From: Escherichia coli | Lineage (GTDB): Bacteria; Pseudomonadota; Gammaproteobacteria; Enterobacterales; Enterobacteriaceae | Reading direction: 5' to 3' (one strand) | Length of the DNA: 6,346 nt | Assembly: GCF_036507355.1 (NCBI RefSeq) | Contig: NZ_AP027881.1 | Shown here: positions 1-5,526 of the stretch, one piece after another | How positions within the stretch are numbered: position 1 is the first letter of the stretch | How the letters are laid out: every line of letters begins with the position of its first letter | Notes under the pieces: model-generated | The model's input: only the letters and a program-made list of their open reading frames with translations | What the model was told of the DNA's origin: nothing | Database searches by the model: none | Translations under genes and position numbers: made by a program

Positions 1-126
1 AGTCGGCGAATATCTTGAACAGGACTACTATCGGCAACTTGACGAACTATCCGTCAACACGCCTTAACTTAAACAAAATACCCTCCGCCAAACCCGGGGC
101 GGTTCACTTCTTCGACGAGAAAAACC

Positions 127-588
127 ATGCAAAACATTCTGATGAATCTGGCGTTTTATCTCCTGGTTGTTGCTGCCGGCGCCAGCTTTTCCCTGCAACA
201 GGCGGCCAACAACCATCTTCGCGCAGAACTGCTTTCACCATGGTGGGCAGGTTTCATCAGTTATGTCGGCGGTTCCCTGGCCATGCTGGTCATGGCGCTG
301 GTTTGTCGCGGCCCTGGCCTGTCATGGGATATGCTTTCGCGTACCAGCCCGTTTTCATGGACAGGCGGTATTTTAGGGGCGATTTACATTGCCACGGCCA
401 TTTTCATGATCCCGAAACTGGGAGCAACAACGGTTCTGGCATTGATGGTGGTCGGGCAAATGCTGCTTTCCCTGATGCTCGATCACTATGGCCTTCTTGG
501 TATCCCGGTTTATCCTGTCACCGGTATCCGCCTGCTGGGCGTTGTCCTGCTTGTTCTTGGGGTAGTGCTGATCAGATGGCAGGCATAA
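127..588 (+). CDS. Small inner-membrane protein, DMT-superfamily (YdcZ/DUF606-like), 153 aa
   Basis: Intact ORF; product is almost entirely hydrophobic with several predicted TM helices and resembles the DUF606 small transporter family from memory. GC-rich codon usage explains the overlapping alternative-frame ORFs. Weak GAG-type SD upstream. Stop codon directly abuts the IS6-family remnant. Confidence 0.6.
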   Translation: MQNILMNLAFYLLVVAAGASFSLQQAANNHLRAELLSPWWAGFISYVGGSLAMLVMALVCRGPGLSWDMLSRTSPFSWTGGILGAIYIATAIFMIPKLGATTVLALMVVGQMLLSLMLDHYGLLGIPVYPVTGIRLLGVVLLVLGVVLIRWQA

Positions 589-589
589 G

Positions 590-817
590 ATCAAGGGATT
601 CGAAGTCATGCGAGCCCTGCGCAAAGGACAGGCTCGCCCCTGGTGCCTGCAGCCCGGCATCAGGGGCGAGGTGCGCCTTGTGGAGAGAGCTTTTGGCATT
701 GGGCCCTCGGCGCTGACGGAGGCCATGGGCATGCTCAACCACCATTTCGCAGCAGCCGCCTGATCGGCGCAGAGCGACAGCCTACCTCTGACTGCCGCCA
801 ATCTTTGCAACAGAGCC
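590..817 (+). mobile_element. Remnant (3' end only) of an IS6-family insertion sequence, distinct from IS26
   Basis: Frame starting at 590 translates to IKGFEVMRALRKGQA...GEVRLVERAF, matching the C-terminus of the IS26 transposase in this window (KGIEVMRALRKGQASAFYYGDPLGEMRLVSRVFEM) at protein but not nucleotide level. Stop at 761-763 is followed 54 bp later by TTTGCAACAGAGCC (804-817), 13/14 identical to the IS26 terminal inverted repeat, with the same stop-to-end spacing as IS26. Confidence 0.55.
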
Positions 818-938
818 CTTGCGCGCATACTCATGCATGCCGTAAAAACAGAGCCTGCGCGTTTCTGGCGGGTTTTCGGGTGGTTTGTTGCCTGTTTTAC
901 CGGTTTCCCGTCAGAAACGCCCTCAGAGCCTCTCAGGC

Positions 939-966
939 GGTGCACGCAAGGGATGTTATGGTAAAT
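939..966 (+). other. XerC/XerD-type recombination core, site 1 (GGTGCACGCAA-GGGATG-TTATGGTAAAT)
   Basis: 28-bp site: 11-bp XerC-like arm, 6-bp central region, 11-bp XerD arm identical to the cer XerD arm as I recall it (TTATGGTAAAT). One of three direct copies in the window. Confidence 0.75.
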
Positions 967-1033
967 ATCGTTTATGTTGATTAACAAATTAAAAGATAAG
1001 ATTATTCCTACTTCTCTATTTTCTGGGGCTTTT

Positions 1034-1267
1034 ATGAAAAAGGTAATTCTCTCATTGGTTTTTCTGTCATCAGTAATTCTTGCTGGCTGCTCAAGCCAAG
1101 CAGGTCCATTTGTGACCAACATTAGCAGTGATGGTAGAGGTGGGCTTGTCGTTGAGAAATGTATGGTTCGCCTTGATAGAATGATTAATACCGTTGAATC
1201 ATCTAGCTGCACTAATTCAAGTATTACTCTGTCCTCACCATCTTCTAGCTCGACACTGACTCGTTAG
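1034..1267 (+). CDS. Small lipoprotein of unknown function, 77 aa, low GC
   Basis: ORF with signal peptide MKKVILSLVFLSSVILAGC (lipobox LAGC); GGGG 6 nt upstream of the ATG at 1034. The track ORF starts at 974, but that start has no SD and falls before the signal peptide. Ser-rich C-terminus. No family recognised. Confidence 0.55.
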   Translation: MKKVILSLVFLSSVILAGCSSQAGPFVTNISSDGRGGLVVEKCMVRLDRMINTVESSSCTNSSITLSSPSSSSTLTR

Positions 1268-1282
1268 ATTTCATGTTGCTAC

Positions 1283-1311
1283 TTGAGATTATTTAATTCA
1301 GCGGGTAGTCT
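1283..1311 (+). promoter_or_regulatory. RNA II (primer) promoter of ColE1-type replicon 1
   Basis: TTGAGA (-35), 17-bp spacer, TAGTCT (-10), positioned as in the pMB1 RNA II promoter (TTGAGA...TAATCT) just upstream of the RNA I terminator complement. Confidence 0.55.
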
Positions 1312-1321
1312 TTCGCTTGAA

Positions 1322-1425
1322 AAAGAAAAAACCGCCCTGCAAGGCGGTTTTTCGAAGGTTCTCTGAGCTACCAACTCTTTGAACCGAGGTAACTGGCTTG
1401 GAGGAGCACAGTCACCAAAACTTGT
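1322..1425 (-). ncRNA. RNA I antisense copy-number control RNA, replicon 1
   Basis: Complement of the RNA II 5' region. 5' end placed by alignment to pMB1 RNA I (ACAGTATTTGG vs ACAAGTTTTGG here); 3' end is the hairpin ACCGCCTTGCAGGGCGGT plus U-run. Ends approximate to about 5 nt. Confidence 0.7.
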
Positions 1426-2432
1426 CCTTTCAGTTTAGCCTTAACCGGCGCATAACTTCAAGACTAACTCCTCTAAATCAATTACCAGTGGCTGCTGCCA
1501 GTGGCGCTTTTGCATGTCTTTCCGGGTTGGACTCAAGTCGATAGTTACCGGAACAGGCGCAGCAGTCGGACTGAACGGGGGGTTCGTGCATACAGTCCAG
1601 CTTGGAGCGAACTGCCTTCCCGGAACCGAGTGTCAGGCGTGGAATGAGATAAACGCGGCCATAACAGCGGAATGACACCGGTAAACCGAAAGGCAGGAAC
1701 AGGAGAGCGCACGAGGGAGCTACCAGGGGGAAACGCCTGGGATCTTTATAGTCCTGTCGGGTTTCGCCGCCACTGATTTGAGCGTCAGATTTTGTGATGC
1801 TTGTCAGGGGGGCGGAGCCTATGGAAAAACGGCAACGCCGCTTCCTTTTCTCTTCCTTTCCCAATTTGATTGCTACTAGCCTACTCCTTTACTTCTGAGC
1901 CGGTAACGCCCGCCGCAGTCTCACGTCCGGAGCGTAGCGACCGAGTGAGCGAGGAGGCGTAATTTCATCGACTCCTGCATTTTTCACTTACGCCCTACAG
2001 CTACATTTTTCACCTGCCAGGGGTCAGTTTGGATATAGAGAATTATTGTACGGTAAGCCTGTTTTTTGAACAGACTTACCTATAGCAATAGGGTGTACTC
2101 CCGCGCTATACGGCATTTTCAGAGGTTTGACCTTAATCGGATAACCTAAATGCGATACTGCAAGAGCGACAACTTAAAAGCGATAGCCACTGACGCAAAA
2201 TCAACCCCTTACGAACCAAGATTGGTTAAATAATGCGCTTAACGTACAAAAATTTCCGATCTCCAAACTGACCCCTTCTTCGCCTCTTATGTTTCTCGAA
2301 TGAATCGATGGGGACAGGAAATGTTTTGTGGCCACCGCCGCTTCGCCGGCACCACAAAACTGTCGGACAAGATGTGTTTTTGGAGTACCGCCGGCACCAA
2401 AAACATTTCATCAGGCGCAGCCTGATACCCTG

Positions 2433-2452
2433 AATTTCGTACGTACGAAATT
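2433..2452. repeat. Perfect 20-bp palindrome AATTTCGTACGTACGAAATT
   Basis: Exactly self-complementary; lies in a gene-free tract that also holds two tandem hairpin units (2323-2360, 2375-2405). Confidence 0.8.
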
Positions 2453-2850
2453 TTGCTTTTGTTCAGATCGAGGGCAGGATTCGCAAAGTGCTGGCGTTTG
2501 TGCTCACATCCTTTAGACGTTGCGATGCAGGATAGGGCAGACGCCGCAAAATGACGTCATTTGCGGTATCTGCCCCGAAAACAGAATGTTTTCTCCTGAG
2601 CCTGCAGCTGGCTCTCAGAACCCCTACCGCCTCGCAAAGCTCGTTGCTCAACGCCTCACGACCGCACAGTAAACTGTGCACCCGTTCACCGTTATCGATG
2701 GGGTTCAGCGAGCCTTTTGAGCAGTTCGCAGGATTTTAGCCGCTAAAATTCCGGCCAGGCATGTTCGTGCATAGCCATGCAGATGCGCAGAAATCATCAG
2801 GCGCGTTTTTCAGGGGTTGGTGCTGGGAAAGGTGCCGGAAACGGCCCGTT

Positions 2851-2878
2851 CGCCTCAAAATGGCTCTGAGGCGTTTTC
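2851..2878 (+). terminator. Hairpin plus T-run just upstream of Xer site 2
   Basis: CGCCTCA-aaatggctc-TGAGGCG followed by TTTTC. The same GCCTCA/TGAGGC stem recurs before site 3 and in degenerate form before site 1, so it may be part of the recombination-site module rather than only a terminator. Confidence 0.35.
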
Positions 2879-2881
2879 AGC

Positions 2882-2909
2882 GGTGCGGGCAAGGGATGTT
2901 ATGGTAAAT
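2882..2909 (+). other. XerC/XerD-type recombination core, site 2 (GGTGCGGGCAA-GGGATG-TTATGGTAAAT)
   Basis: Same architecture and identical central region and XerD arm as site 1; direct orientation. Confidence 0.75.
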
Positions 2910-2944
2910 TGCTCATCACAGTAGCCAGTTAAGCAGAGGTTAGA

Positions 2945-3271
2945 ATGTTTGGGTTTTTTAAGAAAAAAAAGCTCTATGAAGAGATCTGTAAAGATGCAGG
3001 GATGGCTTTATCTGATGGGTTATTGGCCCAAGGCTTAGCGAGAAACAAAATAGAAGCAATGGGGGCTGGTGCTGTTTTTAGTCAGTCTTTGAGGGAGGCT
3101 GTTTCTCAAGGTTACAAGTCTTCTGATGCGATTGCTGAAGCAAGAAAAAACACATCTCATCATCTAGCTGCTAGAGGGTTTGATTTTGAAACGATCGCAA
3201 GTGCGATTGATGTTTTTTGTACTGCTACAGCATTTGAATCAATGTTAGATCTTGCTCGCGATAAAGGCTGA
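2945..3271 (+). CDS. Hypothetical cytoplasmic protein, 108 aa, low GC
   Basis: ORF with good SD (GAGG 6 nt upstream of ATG); no signal peptide; lysine-rich N-terminus (MFGFFKKKK). Bracketed by Xer sites 2 and 3. No family recognised. Confidence 0.6.
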   Translation: MFGFFKKKKLYEEICKDAGMALSDGLLAQGLARNKIEAMGAGAVFSQSLREAVSQGYKSSDAIAEARKNTSHHLAARGFDFETIASAIDVFCTATAFESMLDLARDKG

Positions 3272-3303
3272 ATATCGAGAGGAGTGACGGGTTGTTATCA
3301 TTA

Positions 3304-3330
3304 GCCTCAGAGTAGATTTGAGGCCTTTTG
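3304..3330 (+). terminator. Hairpin plus T-run after the 108-aa ORF, immediately upstream of Xer site 3
   Basis: GCCTCA-gagtagatt-TGAGGC followed by CTTTTG, 33 nt after the ORF stop; same stem as the site 2 hairpin. Confidence 0.4.
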
Positions 3331-3333
3331 GGC

Positions 3334-3361
3334 GGTGTATGCAGGAGATGTTATGGTAAAT
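3334..3361 (+). other. XerC/XerD-type recombination core, site 3 (GGTGTATGCAG-GAGATG-TTATGGTAAAT)
   Basis: XerD arm identical to sites 1 and 2; XerC arm and central region diverged; direct orientation. Confidence 0.7.
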
Positions 3362-3428
3362 ATGTCTTATTGAGAATATTCTTACTAATGCGCGGTTTTT
3401 TTCTAATTTTTAAATGGATGACTTAAAA

Positions 3429-3806
3429 ATGAAGGCAAGATTTTTTGCAGCCTTGCTTATTACTTTTTTTCTTTCTGGATGTGCGACAGAGGCGGGATAT
3501 CAAAGGGTATTAAATTCATGGATGGGATCTACTGATGTGAGCTTGATTCAGTCATGGGGGCCGCCTCAGCAATCTTATGAACTTTCTGGCCATACCTTCC
3601 TAGTTTATTCAAATAGCTCTAGCTCTTATATACCTGGAGTGGCTCCTACCTATCAGACTACGTTTATTGGTAATACAGCGTATACAAACACCTATGGCGG
3701 CTCGCCCGGCTTTAATGTTAGCTACTCATGTACTACGACTTTTGAGGTTGTTGGCGGGAAAATTGTTAACTGGCGTTATCAGGGCAACAATTGCACATCG
3801 CGTTAG
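3429..3806 (+). CDS. Lipoprotein of unknown function, 125 aa, low GC
   Basis: Signal peptide MKARFFAALLITFFLSGC (lipobox LSGC). Start at 3429 preferred over the track start at 3414 because it begins the signal peptide. Mature part is Ser/Thr/Tyr/Gly-rich with two Cys near the C-terminus. No family recognised. Confidence 0.65.
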   Translation: MKARFFAALLITFFLSGCATEAGYQRVLNSWMGSTDVSLIQSWGPPQQSYELSGHTFLVYSNSSSSYIPGVAPTYQTTFIGNTAYTNTYGGSPGFNVSYSCTTTFEVVGGKIVNWRYQGNNCTSR

Positions 3807-3973
3807 TCGTGTGTCCAATCGTAGTATCAGGTGAAGATACAATAGAGAACTTAATACCCTCTTGGTGGGTATATAAAAACCAAGATGAGCGTAGCGACCT
3901 TCTTTAAACTCGTTCCTTGTGTGTCTTACCCTGCAAAAGGTTTGATTGTGTGGGTGTAAATGAAATCGTTGCG

Positions 3974-4003
3974 TTGACAGTTACATGTGACGAGATGTAG
4001 TCT
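3974..4003 (+). promoter_or_regulatory. RNA II (primer) promoter of ColE1-type replicon 2
   Basis: TTGACA (-35), 18-bp spacer, TAGTCT (-10), directly upstream of the RNA I terminator complement. Confidence 0.55.
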
Positions 4004-4011
4004 CTAAAACG

Positions 4012-4112
4012 AAAAAACCGCCCTGCAAGGCGGTTTTTTCGAAGGTTCTCTGAGCTACCAACTCTTTGAACCGAGGTAACTGGCTTGGAGGAGCGCAGTC
4101 ACCAAAACTGTT
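4012..4112 (-). ncRNA. RNA I antisense copy-number control RNA, replicon 2
   Basis: Same reasoning as replicon 1 RNA I; terminator hairpin ACCGCCTTGCAGGGCGGT plus U-run at the 3' end. Ends approximate. Confidence 0.7.
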
Positions 4113-4693
4113 CGTTTAGTTTAGCCTTAACCGGCGCATAACTTCAAGACTATCTCCTCTAAATCAGTTACCAGTGGCTACCGCCAATGGCGATTTGTCG
4201 TGTCTTTCCGGGTTGGACTCAAGACGATAGTTACCGGAACGGGCGTGGTAGTCGGACTGAACGGGGGGTTCGTGCATACAGTCCAGCTTGGAGCGAACTG
4301 CCTACCCGGAACTGAGTGTCAGGCGTGGAATGAGATAAACGCGGCCATAACAGCGGAATGACACCGGTAAACCGAAAGGCAGGAACAGGAGAGCGCACGA
4401 GGGAGCCACCAGGGGGAAACGCCTGGGATCTTTAAGTCCTGTCGGGTTTCGCCACCACTGATTTGAGCGTCAGATTTCGTGATGCTTGTCAGGGGGGCGG
4501 AGCCTATGGAAAAACGCCCGCCGGGGCGTGGCCTTTTCGCCCTTGTCCTTAGCTTTCGTTATGCTTACCGTTACGTTATCTGCTTATCCTCCCTCCGCTC
4601 GCCGCAGACTCATGACCGAACGGAGTGAGCGAATGAGCGAGGAAGCGGAAAACAATCAGAACGTACAGTAAGCACTTTCGCGCCGGGGCCTTC

Positions 4694-4885
4694 ATGAACA
4701 AACAACAAAAGACAGCCGTTAACATGGCTAAATTCATCCAGGATCAGTCCCTGCTTCTTCTGGACAGGCTTAATGAGCTGGATCTGGATCATGAGGCTGA
4801 TTTCTGCGAGAAACTCCATGAGGATGCGGAACGCCTTTACCGAAGCCTGTCAGCGCGCCTGAATGAGCAGCAGGACGGTGCGTAA
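4694..4885 (+). CDS. rop: Rop/Rom (RNA one modulator) homolog, 63 aa
   Basis: Same length as pMB1 Rop, with clear similarity along the whole protein as recalled (MTKQEKTALNMARFIRSQTLTLLEKLNELDADEQADICESLHDHADELYRSCLARF vs MNKQQKTAVNMAKFIQDQSLLLLDRLNELDLDHEADFCEKLHEDAERLYRSLSARL here). Confidence 0.85.
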   Translation: MNKQQKTAVNMAKFIQDQSLLLLDRLNELDLDHEADFCEKLHEDAERLYRSLSARLNEQQDGA

Positions 4886-4898
4886 TGTCTCCGTTCTG

Positions 4899-4918
4899 GG
4901 TATTACCGGAGTAATACC
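4899..4918. repeat. Perfect hairpin/palindrome GGTATTAC-cgga-GTAATACC downstream of rop
   Basis: 8-bp perfect stem with 4-nt loop. A second palindrome with the same half-site, TATTACC-cc-GGTAATA, lies at 4957-4972. Confidence 0.6.
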
Positions 4919-5188
4919 GGCATCGCCTTAATTTTCATTGTCTTAGCGCTTAACATTATTACCCCGGTAATACCCACAATCCCTGTATTTTTTCTTTTTT
5001 ATTTATTTTTCATGAAGTTGCGATGAAAATCGCAGCTGCGTTAGGTGTATGACCATTTTGAGGTTGAAAAATAATCAACCATGGCGGGTGATTTACGCAG
5101 GTTAAGGGGAGATCGTGACAAAAAAAAGCGTTCCTCACTGTATCGTTCATGCCTGCATGAACGGGTTATTCTTCCTGACTACAGAATT

Positions 5189-5340
5189 ACATCGCTCCTT
5201 CAGTTCATACATCACTTTTACAACACTTTTACAACACTCCTTCGGCCTGTACATCACTTTTACAACACTTTTGCATCACTTTTACATCATTTATACATCA
5301 CTTTTACATCATTCCTTCAGCTCATACGTCACTTTCATCC
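5189..5340. repeat. Tract of roughly 11-bp tandem repeats (core ACAxCACTTTT), iteron-like
   Basis: Repeated units ACATCACTTTT / ACAACACTTTT / GCATCACTTTT / ACATCATTT across about 150 bp, bracketed by direct repeats CCTTCAGTTCATACATCACTTT (5197-5218) and CCTTCAGCTCATACGTCACTTT (5314-5335). The ORFs the track predicts here are repeat-translation artefacts. Confidence 0.7.
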
Positions 5341-5526
5341 TCTGTGCCATTTGTACATCACCCCCTTCCTGAACGTGCTGACAGCGGGTTTTCCGGCTGC
5401 GCCGGCAACGCTTCACGGCCACGCAATAAATTGCGTCCCCGTTCACCGTTTTCGGATGGGAAGAACGCCGGAAACAGGACTTCCCCTGGCTGAATGGTGT
5501 GAATTTCCGCGCTATGCACTTGCGCG

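Larger units (their letters stand above)
1283..1875 (+). other. ColE1-type replication origin, copy 1 (RNA II preprimer region to the RNA-DNA transition)
   Basis: Strong similarity to the pMB1/ColE1 ori as recalled: AAAAAACCGCCCTGCAAGGCGG (RNA I terminator complement), CTACCAACTCTTTGAACCGAGGTAACTGGCTT, GGACTGAACGGGGGGTTCGTGCA, GGGGGGCGGAGCCTATGGAAAAACG. The + strand is the RNA II sense strand. Confidence 0.85.
3974..4566 (+). other. ColE1-type replication origin, copy 2 (RNA II preprimer region to the RNA-DNA transition)
   Basis: Second direct copy of the same conserved ori blocks as copy 1. Near-identical over most of its length, with scattered substitutions (e.g. cttgtcctttcag vs ctgttcgtttag; gctgctgccagtggcgcttttgcatg vs gctaccgccaatggcgatttgtcgtg). 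Confidence 0.85.

Noticed and set aside
15-716. 233-aa ORF on the + strand overlapping the membrane protein gene
   Set aside because: Alternative frame of a GC-rich region; Pro/Arg/Gly/Cys-rich, low-complexity translation typical of spurious ORFs. The 127-588 frame gives a coherent membrane protein instead.
643-984. 113-aa ORF on the + strand
   Set aside because: Lies in the wrong frame across the IS6-family remnant and its inverted repeat; likely a GC-rich artefact.
974-1033. Upstream in-frame ATG at 974 extending the first lipoprotein by 20 codons
   Set aside because: No ribosome-binding site, the ATG is only 8 bp after the Xer core, and the extension would bury the lipoprotein signal peptide; the start at 1034 is preferred.
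373-1212. 279-aa ORF on the - strand
   Set aside because: Runs antisense across the membrane protein gene, the IS remnant, Xer site 1 and the lipoprotein gene; the translation has no coherent features and the strand lacks a start context.
1478-1864. 128-aa ORF on the - strand inside ColE1 origin copy 1
   Set aside because: Falls within the conserved RNA II preprimer region, which is constrained at RNA level rather than protein-coding.
2092-2130. Possible ColE1-type bom/nic-like sequence (CTATACGGCATTTTCAGAGG resembling pBR322 CTATGCGGCATCAGAGCAG)
   Set aside because: The match is short, contains a gap, and appears in the opposite orientation to that expected from the neighbouring ori-to-bom spacer homology; cannot be distinguished from chance without a search.
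2226-2739. Four small overlapping ORFs (61-72 aa) on both strands in the gene-free tract
   Set aside because: Mutually overlapping, no convincing RBS, compositionally biased translations; the region is dominated by dyad symmetries and is more likely structural or regulatory DNA.
4486-4671. 61-aa ORF on the + strand across the end of ColE1 origin copy 2
   Set aside because: Overlaps the origin transition region and the rop upstream region; no RBS and not conserved in copy 1.
4610-4819. 69-aa ORF on the - strand antisense to rop
   Set aside because: Antisense to a well-supported Rop homolog; no independent support.
4875-4901. XerC-arm-like GGTGCGTAATG overlapping the rop stop codon
   Set aside because: The downstream sequence TCTCCG-TTCTGGGTATT is a poor match to a central region plus XerD arm; the match is probably a by-product of the rop coding sequence.
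5083-5111. cer-like sequence GGCGGGTGATTTACGCAGGTTAAGGGGAG
   Set aside because: Resembles the cer central region (TTAAGGGA) but has no recognisable XerD arm and only a poor XerC arm; probably coincidental.
5189-5340. Possible CRISPR array
   Set aside because: Units are about 11 bp with no spacers of unique sequence; CRISPR repeats are much longer and alternate with spacers.
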